Shown: positions 53,184 through 63,974, counted from the stretch's first letter. The stretch: 64,000 bases of DNA from Lingula anatina (GCA_051362555.1 CM120640.1:16554001-16618000); one strand, 5' to 3'. Notes: generated by a model not told the origin, from the letters alone. Numbers and translations: made by a program.

Positions 53184-56100
53184 CAACTTTTTCATTAAGA
53201 ATCTGTCCCAACTTAACCTTGCCTCATATGTATAATTTGTTGTTAACACATGTATTGGTTTTTTATCAAAATGACTGATGAGCCAAAAGTGAATGCTGAC
53301 GGACAGATCCATTACCATCTGCCAGTCAACTAGAAGTCATGTCATGACCTGAGAACATCAGGGTACAGGAGCTGAATCCATGAATTTACTAAATACCATG
53401 AATTAAAATTGTGGATTTAAGCAGAAAATTTCATATGTACAGTTATGAAGGGTACATTATACAGTTCTATTGAAAGTAATAGAATTATCGTGTGAAAAAT
53501 GCATTTATTTGATTTATTAGGTAGATGTGTCATTAGCCAAGAGTTGTTACTAAAAATTCTTCTTTGAATACATTTTTGACAAAATTTTACATCTGATTTA
53601 TTCATATTTCTTTTCATGTTCCAATACGGCTTTATCTAACTTTCTTTTGATTTCAAGTCAAATGCTCAACTTATTCATGAAAATTACTTATTGTGACTCT
53701 AGGCATGGATTCCCAAATGCATCTCTCAATCACAAGTTGTAGCCTTAAAAGAGAAATATCATGACATTGTGGCATCTATTTTTAAACAAGACCATGGCTG
53801 GGAGAGCAAAAAAAAATGGATATTTCTATGAATTTGTAAGCAGGAAAGTGAACAATTTCCTGCTAACATTTATGACTGTGCTCAAAAGTTGCATCTAATG
53901 GCTATAATTAACTTAGGTTGCCATAGGAACTGATGTCCAAAAATGACCCCCTTGCATGCTACTTCAGGATCATCAAAGCATCTTGAGAGTACATGACAGT
54001 GATGTGATATCATTAAAGGATCAAAGAAACTTGATAAAAAAAGGGCAGCATTTACTTCTTTTCTTTGATCAAAACCTTAATAAGCATTCAGGTCTGTGCT
54101 TTGGGATGGAATTTCTGGTTTTATTAAGCAGATATGTATCCAGAGCAACAATGCAAGAGTTTCTAAATTGTTTCAAATTTAACAATTTACAATTTATCAG
54201 AAACTCTCTATCTCATAATTGAAAAAAAAAAATGATGAGAATGTTCTTTTGATGTAGACAATTTTTAATTAGTATTCAAAATTAGATTTCAAATCTTTAT
54301 CCCTGGTCTTGTGTTGCTTTACCTTTAAATAAACAAACACCAGTCAGTGACATTTGATTTCGATCATTTTTGAACTCTAATGCCCAGTGTCTTCCAGCAT
54401 CCTTCAACTAAAACCCATACCATTCACTGCAGTTCTGTCATTTATAAACACACAATGCCTCTATAATCTTCAGGCCTCACATTTAGATATTACAGAATGT
54501 GCAATTGAACTGCCAAGACTGAATGAAATCCCCCGAGGACCTCAAGGCAACCTGATGGCAATTCAACTTGTAATTACTTTCTTTACCTCGATGTTCCCAG
54601 AGTTGGGATCTGGTGGGCGGAATTCCTGTAGTACACTGTCTATCACAAATGGCTGTGGTTTTAAGTGTTTCACAAAGTGGACAATGTCCACCTTGGGGTC
54701 AAGCTGCTTACACAGGTGGAGAATGCCCTCATAGCGCTTGTACTGCTCATTGGACTGAAACAAAAATAAAGATTTATTTCAGTCAATGTAACCCCTTTTC
54801 ACTTTTCTATTTTTTGAAAAAAATTTCAATACTAATAATCCAGTAACAAAAAAAAAAAAAAAAAAAAAAAAACACTTTTGGAAAATGTTCACAAAGAAAT
54901 TTTCTGCTTTTTTCTTCTTTCTGCACTTTTCTTCTATTTGATATGTCTCTGTCTTACATTTGTACGGTGATTTCTTACGTTCAAGCTAAGTTGAAAATAT
55001 TTCAGAGGTGCCAATTAAAATCTTATTTTCATTATCTCCATTGCCCATTGGGCAAACTACACATAAAGGTCCCCAATAAGTTTTGCATGGGAATCATCAC
55101 TGTGAAAAATAAACATTACAAATACAATCTCTACCTTTTTTCTACCAACAAGTGGAAAGCATAAGCCAGCCCTCCCCGTGTCTCACTTGCTCCTCTCTCT
55201 ACCATTCCCTCATCTCTACTAAAGGTATAGTGGGCAAACAGCTATATGATCAATAAATGCCTGATGCTCTGCTTGGACAATTACCCATTTACAAGTGCAC
55301 ATCAGTTTCAAAACCCCTGCTGTGCAGCACTGCATACATATCTTCCCTGATAGATGTTCATTCTGTTATGTCAGGGTGATGTGTGTATAATGTGCTGAAA
55401 CTGATAGCCAGGTTCCCTTAAATGACATCATGGACAGTTCTACAGGTTTACATAACTACACTTAAAAGTAAAATCAATCACCATGCCCCAAAGTATAGCC
55501 ATTAGACCTGGCTCAAAAACCATTTGGCAGGCAGGTAACGTATGGGTTTACTACTGTAAAGAGTTCATTACCAACACCTTAAGGTGCTTGGCCATGCAAT
55601 TTCATTTTAATATTCTCTCTGAAATGCATGTTATTCAGTAGGTTTATTTTGATTGGTGGTAACCATAATAAGTCTTGGTCCAAAATTAATATTGGAGTGC
55701 CTGCACTATTTGATAATAATGTCACAGACAAAAAAATTAATTTCCAATTTGATTAATTTGCTTATTATACCACATGCTAGTTGTTCGATGAAAAACTCTT
55801 CACTTCCTGATCATGATTGTTCACCATCTCCCACTTGATAAAGTCACCTGAGTATAAAGTTTGTCTCTCTCAATTACCTATTCTCTTTCAGTGTGCCAAC
55901 CAATTAAGTATCCTCTACCAGTGCCACAGGGTGATTTTTTCACTAGATATTCCTACATATTTTTCTATCTAGTTCTGTACGCACTTCCATGCCACTCTGT
56001 CCATACTGTGACTCTTAGCGATAAATGTTGGTTATCATTTTCCACTAGAACCCAGGTAGGTCCTAGTTTTAGGGACCATTCCCAGACCCTATTGTACTGA

Positions 56101-57902
56101 CTGTGGATCGATCTGTCTCCAAGGGGATTCTCGCTAAATTGCAATCAACTTAAGCGGCTTAAATGTCCGTCATGCCTACTGAAGCTGCTAGGCAGTAATT
56201 AATTATTGTTAAGCAGCTTCAATAGGTGTGCTAGACATCTAAGCCACTTGAGCTAAAACCAATTTAGCGAAAAACCTCTAGGAGATGGATTGATCCTGTT
56301 AGATCGATCTAGGTATGGGAACCCAGTCTTACATAACCACCCCAGACACTGGCCCTAGGCCTCTGACAGCTATCAGGACAGTTCATTGTTCTGACCTTAA
56401 TTGCTATTGCTCTTTTGTGACATGACAAAAATAGGACCTTGTTAACAGCTCAATTGGTTCTTCAAAATGAGGTCAGTTGAAGGACTTACATGTGCCTGCA
56501 ACATAGTAAAAAGTGTGTTTGAAATTTGCTGAGAATTCCAATAAAAGGCACCTTCCTTACATTGTTTACACTTTTTGACAGACAGATATCTCAATAAACA
56601 TTCTTCCATTTTTTTACTCTGCATTTTTTACTGCTCACAGACTTAATGCATTGGAAAACTAAATCTGTGTAAAATAAATGTACCTCTAATTATTAAATGT
56701 GAAAGATCATTATATAATGATTATTTCACTGAATTTACGTATTGCTTCTCAAAATTGTCTTATAAAGGTTTCATCAATTGTTCTGTGTGTAATTTAACTT
56801 TTTAATCAAATCTACAAGGACCATTGCATGTAATACACACTTGATTTATTAACCTTATGATTAAATTTGTAAGTTATTTTTTTTACTTCTTATATATCTG
56901 TGAACAACATAAATGCCCTCATCAACTACTGTATATCTACACATGGCCAATTAAAAATTATTTTATTATTATTATTTTATTTTTTTTTTTTGGGGGGGGG
57001 GAGGATAGATTTTAAACATCTAAATAAGTCAATTACTATAACTTAAATTAATATTTGATCGGGAAAAGATGATCAAATTGAGAATGAATGAATGAAGGAA
57101 TGAATGACTTAATTTGAAACCCCTGGGTGGGGGGTAGGGGGGATAATAGTAATAATATATAGTAAGGATTCCAAATGGACCAATTAAAACTGAAAAACTA
57201 TTCTCCAAGCATTACTTTCAAAAGTATTCTGTATGGATTTTTAAACACATAAATACATGTACATGCAAGCAGAAGTAGGTCTAAGGAGTAAAGATAATGA
57301 AATCAAATATGATCTTTTTGACTAACATAAATATTTTGTTTTCTACCTTCGAGCTGTCCTATTTGTATTCAGTCTTTTAATCTAGCTGGCTCCCTTTAAA
57401 ATATCGAAACTATTGATTTCCGCTTCCATCAGGACATGCTTAGGTGAGCATACTAGTAACAACTACAAAATACATGATCCGGGTCATATTTGATTAAAAA
57501 ATAATAACATCATCATCATTTACTTGCCAGGTACCAATGTATTTTCTAATACATATTTAACTTAAAATCATATACACCTTCATCTCACTGCACCTGAATT
57601 CCCAAGTGCCCAATTCTTTGTGTAAAATGTGCTTGTGACGATATCTGTAACATGTGGAGAAAAACCCAGAGCATTCCTTGCATGTAAGACGCATGCAAAA
57701 TTGAACCAGAAGTTGTAGCATATTTTAAATAATCTATTTTTGCCACCTGTAGGACTGACTGAAAATATTTTAATCAAAAGTCCACTTCAACTTCATTTCT
57801 GAGCTGCTCAACCTGCTTAAATTGCTGCATTTTCTTATATCATTAATCTGTTGTTCCCTCAAATCCTTTTTTTACTTTTCTGAAACTACTGTACATTGGA
57901 AA

Positions 57903-57947
<45 letters not shown>

Positions 57948-60900
57948 CAATATATCCAGTTTTAATAGTCTTTCACATCTACCACCATTTACTTTTGAAT
58001 CTTTGACTCTAGCAATGTCAGAAAGTGCAAAGCACTCATGGAAAGCTCAACAGAACATAGGACTGCCAACTTAACACATAAAGGCATACTCTGTCCTTTT
58101 CAGACTAGCAGTTGGCTTTTTTCAAGTGTTAATCTTTTGCTGCATAACTCCATTTAGAATAGATATACACATTTTCAGAATTTAAATCTTGGCAATTGGT
58201 CCTGAGATGGAACCAATGGAACGTTTCCAGGTTATTGCAAATATGGCTGCTTGACAAGGGTAGCCTCCTGGGGTTAGCCTAAGAACTTTTAAAAGGACAT
58301 TGCCTCCATAAGCTTGTACTCTTCAGATTGATTTAAAAGTGCATTTTCGACTTTGCTCTTTTCATCATTTATAATCTTTTCTGAAAGTGCAGAAAAGTTT
58401 CAGTGCTGGTGCTTTTTTTAAATGCAAGTTTGTCAACATTATACACAAGTTTTAGAATTTAAAGTAAAAATGTCCAAAAATGCAGATAATTAGTATTAAA
58501 ACTTTTCTCAAAAACAAGCCTCTAAACTCCATCAAATTAACACTAATTGCAGGCTGCACCACAGCATTGCCTGAACAAATCAATTGAATATTAAAACTGA
58601 ATGACTGGTATATTTTACCTCCATGGCTTTCAACACAATAATCACAGTCTAAAAATCAATGGTAGAGTTGACCATTTTTTAGATAATGGCCTGTTTAGGG
58701 ACTGTATTTTTTACACTCAACACAACAGCTTGCAGCACAATAGCCAACAGTATACCTGTGTTGCCTCAAAACTTTCATTAGCCAGAGGCAAAATCATAGA
58801 GTATTAGTTATTAGCAAAACTCCTTGAATTAGTGCAGATTGTTTGAGAAATAGGATTTTTTCTTATCCACTAGTTACATTCTTTGTGAAATTGGCAAAAC
58901 GCAATAATTAATAATTTTTCTGTACCTTGGAAAGAATAAGCATCACATGACTCTCCAATGCCCCATTCAGTGCTAGGCCTGTGTCTAATTCAATATCTTC
59001 CAACTCCTGCAAATAAACTGATAATTTATAATACCGTCCTAATCCCATTAATGATTTTTTTTGCTTTTAATTTGCAAATAAAAGAATAAATTGGACTTTG
59101 TGTTTTAAGGTTATCATCATTTTGGAAGTTTTGAAAATCTTATTTATGTGTCTAATAGATCCAAGTAATATTAGTTTATTTTGAACAGTCTAGACTTTCA
59201 AAAACTTCCTGGAAAATTGGAACCTAATAGAAACAAACAACAGTGAACTGTAGGGGTTGCCAGTTGTTTATATATCTAATTTTGATATGCAGCATTTTTT
59301 TTACAATATTTTAAATTTCCATTTCCAGGTTTCTGCTGCTATTTCTCAAATGAAGGAGACTAACGCAGATTGAAGAATTGACATAGAAACATATCTGAGA
59401 GTATCATAAAAATATAAATTTGTGACAAAAACATTAAACATGTTTTGGTTGCATGGCTCCAATAATAACCGAAGAATGGTGTCAAAATGCTACAAGTAGA
59501 AAGCATTGCTTAAGATCCCATTCCCATAGACACCATCGGCTTACAAAGATAGAACATCAACTCTGTGGGGACTCTTGCTGATAGCAATCAGCTTAAGTTG
59601 ACACACCTCCTCTGGTTTCAAATGTACTTGCATAATCATCAGGGCCCAGTTTTATAAAGGACGTTTAGCACTAACCAGTGGATAAATTCTCCTAACACCC
59701 ATTAACTAAAAGATGGTTAAATTGTTTTTCATATACAGTCTTCTGATGGAAAACAACCAATTAGTTAACTGGCCAGTGTTTAACTGGATTAAATAATTAT
59801 TTTAAGGTCAGTTAGGTCTGGTTAGAGTTAAACACTGGTTAGTGCTAAAAGTCCTTAATAAAACTGGGCCCAGCTTTTTTGTTTTTTCTCAACGCCAGGA
59901 GGCCTGTCATTCAGTTAAGCTGACTGCACTCAGCAAGTTTCCACACAGAGTTAAATAAATCTTTGTAACACCAATGGTATATCTATGGGAATGGGGGCTT
60001 AAACTGCAAAAAGGCACACTTTTATCTTTTACTTTGCAATGCATATGCATATTACGCTGTAAAGTTATCTGAATAGAATATGCTCAAATGTGCTCACCTG
60101 GAGAACAATACTTACCTGTAGCAGTCCAGGCAGGGCCATGTCATAGTACTCAGTGCTAAGCTGATTGAAGGACTTGAGCTGGAGGAGGTATTCATTGTGA
60201 GCAACGTGGTAGGCTGACTGCAGCTTGTATGTGTCTTTATTTTCTTGATATCTTATAAAGCAGTCTACATAATTTTTATTTGCCTGAAAAAAAGAACAAA
60301 ATTATATTTGGCTGTTTTCATTATAGGTGACAGAGATAGTGAACCACCCGGGATAACAGAATACTTCAAGTTACATTGGTCCAGGATTTTGACTGCCATT
60401 GAGTACAATAAATGACCAACTGCCATTACTAAATGCCACCGTAAATTTTTAAAAAATGTATTCTTTCAAGGATTTTTACTTGAAAAACATCTTTTAGACA
60501 CATTTATACCCCATTCACACTACAGTTGCAAAAATGCGCATTTCTATAATCCGAATTTTTTGTGAGGAATTCGATTCGGTATTGCGTTCACACACGCTAA
60601 GCGAAACCGAATTACACGTTGAATATTTCAGGTTTAACTTCCTGTTTTGAACACTCGCGCATGCGCCGCACAGGAAATCTTAAAATACCAACAAAAATTT
60701 GTGACGACAAATGCAACTCTAAAGACATTCCAGCATTCTTGAGAAGTATAAGATGGCAAAATAAGTTTGTTTCCTCATGTTGTAGTGAGTGGTGACCTCC
60801 AAATACGTTTGGTGCAATCGCTAAAGTAATAAACAAGCGTTCATAGATACCCGCACTTATCTGCACACATGCGCAGTTAGATCTGTACAGGTGTCGATTC

Positions 60901-63062
60901 CGGTAAGTTATCCGGATCGCGCTTAGAAATCCACCTCGCTTGCAGGATTTTGAAAATGCGCATTACAAAAATTCTCTTGTGTTCACACTACTGCTTTTAT
61001 TCGAATTGTGACCTTATTCGCAATTTATCCGGATAACTGAGCGTAGTGTGAACAGGGTATTAATACTTCATCAACATTACAGTAATGACTTACAGTATGT
61101 ACTTGTCTATCAGGCAATCTGTCCCAGGAGATGTCATAAATAAATCAAGCAGTTAAAACAGATGAACAACAGAGTAATTAAAACAAGTCACAACACTTAA
61201 TCTCTTTTATTAATGGTAATGAGATTGCTGGAATGAAAGTGTCTTATAACAGCTCAGGTTAAACAGGGCCATGTCCTAATGAAATAACATCCATCCTTTC
61301 TGTGAACTGATGATATCAGAGATGTGAAAGGAAAACCCACCCTTAGTTTCAGATGCTGGTAATGTCAGAGGCATGCAGACAGTATAGACAGGTGAGTTTC
61401 CAATCTCCTCTGAAACACAGGGTGGGAAAACTGGCATGAAGGGGAAGGGGGCATATGGATATCTGCCTATATAATTCTTATGAGAGAGATCTGTGGGCTG
61501 TATGGTTGGATAAAGGCTTCTCCTCTGATAAGATTTCGCTTCCTTATTGCCAATCAATGTGACTGCAATCTTGCTTTTAATCACTTTTGGGTGTATATAA
61601 TGTAGTTAGATAAAATATTTGATGCCAGCATTGCATCCCACTCTTCCTGGCATGGGTGGAATTTTCTTCATTATTGGACAGACACAAAAAACAACAGGTG
61701 CAACTGATTTTCTGTTGTTGACAATTGGGAATATTTTTGGGAAAATGCCACATTTCAAAATATATTCTCTTTGATTTGGATTCAGTTCTGCTTTTCACAT
61801 ATAGCCTAAACAGAACTTTTTTATTTTGGAGGCTGGAGGCTACAGCAGACATCAGTCCACATAATATTTCATATTACATAAAAACCTGCATAGCTTCCTT
61901 TCCTACCAGATGGTTTTTAATGATTTTCACACAACCTGTACAACAAACAAACATTCAGCTGTAATGTAATGCTAGAATCACACTTAATAACACCCCAACC
62001 CCAATTATTAATATCACCAGTGGCAGTTTGCACTGGAAGTCCCCCATGATACCCCATTAGGTGTTTATAGTCTGCCAGTAAGAATGATTAGATTGTCATA
62101 TACGAATCTGCAAGCATCAACATTCTTGCCGCTATCAAAAGACCTCTCAGAAACTCAATATGTGGTCCTCCGCCCACACAGAAAGCGAAACTCAGGATTA
62201 ACAAGTGAGTCAACTCAACCTTGATTTCCAGGTATATACTCAAAGGAACTTAAAACAAGGTGGTCATGATTTTTAAATGCCCATAAGAATATCCTGCAGG
62301 AATTGGTTTATCTTCTGACAACTGATGAATATGCATAGGGTATCCTTCTGCTACTTTTTCATTCTGTGGAAAATCTTATCTGTGTTGGGGATGTGTTGAG
62401 CAACAAAGAAAAATAAGGTTCAAGGTTATTTATTTGTAGACAGCTTAATATTTCGTTGTTATCTCAACTTATTTGATAAGTTCCCTTTCTAGTTTACACT
62501 TGGTATGGAAATGTATAATTTTCTTTTAAAAAAATTCAGGCTATATTTTTTGTGAAAAGAACACTGGATCTTGAGTCTTTGTCAGGCTTAAAACTGGTGT
62601 CATGCTTTAAAGTACTTTGATTTTAGGAAAGAACACAACCATTATGTCAATGGCCAATTAAGCTATAAAATCGTTTTTGCAGTATCTGCATCTAAGTTTA
62701 CCGGAAATTCTTACCTGAGGTAAACAACCTACCGGTAGTTTATCCTTTATGATTAAGCAGATATTTAATGTCACTTAAACTTGTCAAAAAAAAAAAAATC
62801 CTGGTAGAATTTGAAATAAATATGATATAATGGCTTCATTGCATTGAATATATAGCCATATTATTGTTACATGTAGGAACCATTTTCATTAAACATGCCA
62901 CTGACTGGCCAACAACATACCTCAACAAAGACATTTCTAAAAAAAATAGCTTCCCCATTTGGCCTTGTTGTAAATACCCTATTGTGTCATGTTGCACTGA
63001 TGATAAAGTAATTAGCTTTCCCTTCACAGACAAGGAGGGGGGAGGGAAGGTAAATTGGTATG

Positions 63063-63106
<44 letters not shown>

Positions 63107-63974
63107 AAAGAAAAAAAACCAGATAGGAGTAAAAGAATACTGAAGTAAAATAAATTCTAAAAGAATCCACAAATTTTATTATGAAAGGATACATTATGTA
63201 TGTAGTAATGTAGCAGCAGTAGTAGTAGTAGTAGTAGTGCAGCATGGTAACTGTGGGAGGAATTAAATGGACCCCTGGGTATATAGGGCACATTGTCATC
63301 AAAGACAGTTATACCTTGTCTAAATCTGCTTCAGCCTTCTGTAGTAAAGATAGGTAGTGCTCTCCAAAACTTGTCATCCTTTTTACATGACCTCTTTTGT
63401 AAGCTGCAAGATCCATTAATGGTTGGTAAACATTCTTGGTCAACCTACTGGCAAGATCAGTGTGCATCTGGAAAGAACTGAATGTGTTAGTTGTGCAACC
63501 TCACAACCAGGCACATCCAAATGCAATCTATAATTTCTGTCACAGATATGGACAAATGCCACTGCAGTACTAGAAAACATTTCTGAAATATGAACCTACA
63601 ATCCAACTTGATATAATTCGTCTTATAATCAGATAAAGTGACTGTTCAGATAAAGTGACAATCAATGGGAAGCAAAACACAAATATGCAACCAACAGGTT
63701 ATCTTTAAATAAAAAGATAAAGCAGTACTTTCTTATGCTGTTTGCTCTAAATTACCAAGAAAACTGTTCTCTAAATTCCATATAAGCTGTGTCAGTGACA
63801 AGCAAATACTTTTTTTGCCAAACTAAATAAAAAGAATATTGAGTTTTTTCAAAATATGTCAAAATGGATGAACAATATGGCTGCATGCTGATGGTACTCA
63901 CATATGAATCTACCTCCACCTCTCGTATTAAGTCTTCCCATGTTGTTTGCATTATACTGGGCATCTCTACTGAG
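8222..63974 (-). CDS. Stac: STAC-like (Dstac-type) adaptor gene: F-BAR/coiled coil, low-complexity linker, tandem SH3; spliced, 5' end lies beyond the window
   Basis: About 20 exons join in phase through GT-AG introns. Family-type motifs: HNEYLLQL (F-BAR), SMWKKAFKNLK, EIDPVYSLLK, SH3 NNWWKG..GYFPAKYV, and terminal CPLKYLSEV*. Confidence 0.85.
8759..8948 (-). CDS. Stac: STAC-like exon, SH3-1 core and start of SH3-2
   Basis: ttacag| ... |gtaaga; phase 2 to 0. AGWRIKAIETSDNNWWKGRCNGKVGYFPAKYVTAVEPDQKAYIVKQGLQLSEEGKDFKLLKDQ. Confidence 0.95.
9156..9235 (-). CDS. Stac: STAC-like exon, N-terminal part of SH3-1
   Basis: aaccag| ... |gtaagt; phase 0 to 2. PQSRRKSKLYLSLYNWRGSERGDLEI(K). Confidence 0.92.
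9666..9781 (-). CDS. Stac: STAC-like linker exon closing the phase-1 array
   Basis: ctttcag| ... |gtaagt; phase 1 to 0. LSPYHERKKFTDRTNSLDDPGYISVSQSSHSPSPHPSP. Confidence 0.88.
11170..11206. repeat. (ATAA)n microsatellite
   Basis: Read directly from the sequence. Confidence 0.9.
11296..11433 (-). CDS. Stac: STAC-like symmetric phase-1 linker exon (138 nt)
   Basis: gttctag| ... |gtatgt. (A)PGPLLGANGSRRRIPRLNERMKSFSIDVPDAAHVMSDPEISKRSN. Confidence 0.85.
11575..11689. repeat. Imperfect inverted repeat (about 45-bp arms)
   Basis: cagatatagtatactg..atgtgttttagagaacata pairs with tatgttctctaaaacacat..cagtatactatatctg. Confidence 0.85.
12462..12515 (-). CDS. Stac: STAC-like short symmetric phase-1 exon (54 nt)
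   Basis: ttttctccccaag| ... |gtgagc. ITRQDASVKPCGVSEIP. Confidence 0.65.
13640..13863. mobile_element. Palindromic MITE family A copy (probably PIF/Harbinger-like, non-autonomous)
   Basis: ggtgtattcccagagattt...aaatctatggaaatggggtc inverted termini. About 180 bp is highly similar to 39524-39703. Confidence 0.8.
14614..14751 (-). CDS. Stac: STAC-like symmetric phase-1 linker exon (138 nt)
   Basis: tttcttatag| ... |gtatgt. (A)SRVLSAPYLEQSNYGGSRRPPMLNSRMKSQSADEKAVANLAGRRC. Confidence 0.82.
15780..15938 (-). CDS. Stac: STAC-like symmetric phase-1 linker exon (159 nt)
   Basis: cttttttag| ... |gtacga. SSSQQSRIRQRMDNQTKSFSLDSTLESDLESQHEQGSQENVKFKSYRSGSQE. Confidence 0.82.
17516..17743 (-). CDS. 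Stac: STAC-like symmetric phase-1 linker exon (228 nt)
   Basis: gttaccag| ... |gtaaat; GC-rich and open. LAVQQDQAYGGKRSPDHRRSSVSQPISHNLSFPEIYSEIQRERRKLMIEAHHQHSQSLTDSVGSLSGSEDAYKVD. Confidence 0.82.
19379..19495. repeat. Long inverted repeat: 34-bp perfect stem, about 51-bp arms, 15-nt loop
   Basis: 19396-19429 ttagcttacggccaacctggtcgaaggccttcat is the exact reverse complement of 19445-19478. Confidence 0.95.
20179..20349 (-). CDS. Stac: STAC-like symmetric phase-1 linker exon (171 nt)
   Basis: ctctctctaag| ... |gtaatt, with TGC repeats upstream of the acceptor. KNPGRKFSLQPQHEKELAEFQKWQQTQHGEEDNSRGSSCAQCPACHPKTILILAGE. The donor is less certain than the acceptor. Confidence 0.7.
20882..20908 (-). 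CDS. Stac: Candidate 27-nt phase-1 microexon
   Basis: ctaac..taat, a T-tract, then ctcgtctag|CTCGCTTGCAGTACTTGCGTACATCAG|gtctgt. Encodes RLQYLRTS and preserves the frame. Confidence 0.5.
21108..21289. repeat. 91-bp tandem duplication (2 copies, 1 mismatch)
   Basis: Unit tgtgctttcatgaga...ccctttataac starts at 21108 and again at 21199. Confidence 0.95.
22827..22869. repeat. (ATAA)n microsatellite
   Basis: Read directly from the sequence. Confidence 0.9.
24987..25048 (-). CDS. Stac: Candidate alternative terminal exon (phase 1, in-frame stop)
   Basis: ttgtcttatacctgaag| then KIDKIISNLVMWRDRKKRS*. Confidence 0.45.
25227..25303 (-). CDS. Stac: Candidate alternative or terminal exon (phase 1)
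   Basis: Strong acceptor cttttacag| then TSGSEKRSRTYKRSSTDHKVYEHN*. The 3' boundary is uncertain. Confidence 0.5.
28157..28317 (-). CDS. Stac: Candidate Cys/His-rich alternative terminal exon (phase 1)
   Basis: Strong acceptor tttgtttctttcag|, CpG-rich, open for 53 codons. DLKKFLCSPDCTCRCHVNNIARCHCIKSDYHEALFKIKHRRYPTWPTSSHAY*. Confidence 0.6.
30373..30411. repeat. Short hairpin element
   Basis: aacaaggaattagata-attgttc-tatctaattctttgtt: 16-bp arms with one mismatch. Confidence 0.7.
31271..31400. repeat. Imperfect (TG)n microsatellite
   Basis: Read directly from the sequence. Confidence 0.85.
32066..32242 (-). CDS. Stac: STAC-like exon carrying the DPVY motif (phase 1 to 1)
   Basis: cattgccag| ... 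|gtaagt. NHEIDPVYSLLKCAGNLPKNKGHICGDSSCMMQHSPSGQHIYSRSNSAMSTGRTSPSS; compare the STAC VDPVYE motif. Confidence 0.9.
32632..32647 (-). promoter_or_regulatory. CTCF-like motif
   Basis: Reverse strand reads CCACCAGATGGCAGTG, a good match to the CTCF core. Motif match only. Confidence 0.35.
32727..32793 (-). CDS. Stac: STAC-like exon (phase 0 to 1)
   Basis: ccttttag| ... |gtaagt. SLRRSLMRKKPSKEEEEEDEQP. Confidence 0.88.
33197..33453. mobile_element. Young foldback PIF/Harbinger-type MITE with TTA target-site duplication
   Basis: tta|ggcttcgttcacatgc...gcatgtgaacgaagcc|tta. Near-perfect inverted arms of about 120 bp; CpG-rich. Confidence 0.9.
34034..34291 (-). CDS. Stac: STAC-like exon with the WKKAFKNLK motif (phase 0 to 0)
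   Basis: ttttcag| ... |gtgagt. IELLSPKQNGNMSSKAKEEKEASKPLHSAGSIKSMWKKAFKNLKRSSST...GRSTRLG. Confidence 0.9.
36036..36094. repeat. 12-bp minisatellite (TGACCACTWCAR) x5
   Basis: Read directly from the sequence. Confidence 0.85.
39524..39703. mobile_element. MITE family A copy, left end truncated
   Basis: gacctaactccctgggggttcacgctaaattgcagtcagccga...gatagatcgatctaaaatctatgggaatgcacc, nearly identical to the 13.7 kb copy. Confidence 0.8.
48454..48503. repeat. Imperfect (CA/CG)n microsatellite
   Basis: Read directly from the sequence. Confidence 0.85.
49419..49530 (-). CDS. Stac: STAC-like coiled-coil exon (phase 2 to 0)
   Basis: tttttag| ... |gtaaat. NIANHQYGKLYEIQEELCSKRNEVRIAKMQLAAIKPQ. 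Confidence 0.9.
52447..52598 (-). CDS. Stac: STAC-like coiled-coil exon (phase 0 to 2)
   Basis: tttcacag| ... |gtaagt. NLLDDQLILNRGTQTVLDSKQSILEKQAANLLSEIQFQQESIATLTEECK. Confidence 0.9.
53134..53182. repeat. (AC)n microsatellite
   Basis: Read directly from the sequence. Confidence 0.95.
54587..54754 (-). CDS. Stac: STAC-like exon at the F-BAR C-terminal end (phase 0 to 0)
   Basis: tgtttcag| ... |gtaaag. SNEQYKRYEGILHLCKQLDPKVDIVHFVKHLKPQPFVIDSVLQEFRPPDPNSGNIE; LDPxxD..F is typical of F-BAR helix 5. Confidence 0.9.
56062..56328. mobile_element. Diverged MITE family A copy
   Basis: cattcccaga...tatgggaac termini. Shares gatcgatct, cgctaaattgca and cttaaatgtccgtc..gcctactgaagctg with the other copies. 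Confidence 0.65.
57905..57944. repeat. (GT)n microsatellite
   Basis: Read directly from the sequence. Confidence 0.95.
58926..59006 (-). CDS. Stac: STAC-like F-BAR exon (phase 0 to 0)
   Basis: tttgcag| ... |gtacag. ELEDIELDTGLALNGALESHVMLILSK. Confidence 0.85.
59514..59998. mobile_element. MITE related to family A, interrupted by a nested MITE
   Basis: ttaa|gatcccattcccataga ... tctatgggaatgggggc|ttaa, with about 100-bp imperfect inverted arms. Confidence 0.7.
59643..59870. mobile_element. Nested Harbinger-like MITE with CAG target-site duplication
   Basis: cag|ggcccagttttataaaggacgtttagcactaaccagtg ... cactggttagtgctaaaagtccttaataaaactgggcc|cag; TIRs of about 38 bp. Confidence 0.85.
60116..60283 (-). 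CDS. Stac: STAC-like F-BAR exon (phase 0 to 0)
   Basis: tttttcag| ... |gtaagt. ANKNYVDCFIRYQENKDTYKLQSAYHVAHNEYLLQLKSFNQLSTEYYDMALPGLLQ. Confidence 0.93.
60507..61059. mobile_element. PIF/Harbinger-type MITE with TTA target-site duplication
   Basis: tta|taccccattcacactac ... gtagtgtgaacagggta|tta. Internal gttcacac, aaaatgcgcatt and tatccggat sub-repeats; CpG-rich. Confidence 0.85.
63066..63102. repeat. (AG)n microsatellite
   Basis: Read directly from the sequence. Confidence 0.95.
63315..63467 (-). CDS. Stac: STAC-like F-BAR exon (phase 0 to 0)
   Basis: ctttccag| ... |gtataa. MHTDLASRLTKNVYQPLMDLAAYKRGHVKRMTSFGEHYLSLLQKAEADLDK. Confidence 0.9.
63902..63974 (-). CDS. Stac: STAC-like F-BAR/FCH exon (phase 2 to 0); upstream exons are outside the window
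   Basis: tttctctttccag| ... |gtgagt. SVEMPSIMQTTWEDLIREVEVDSY. Confidence 0.88.
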
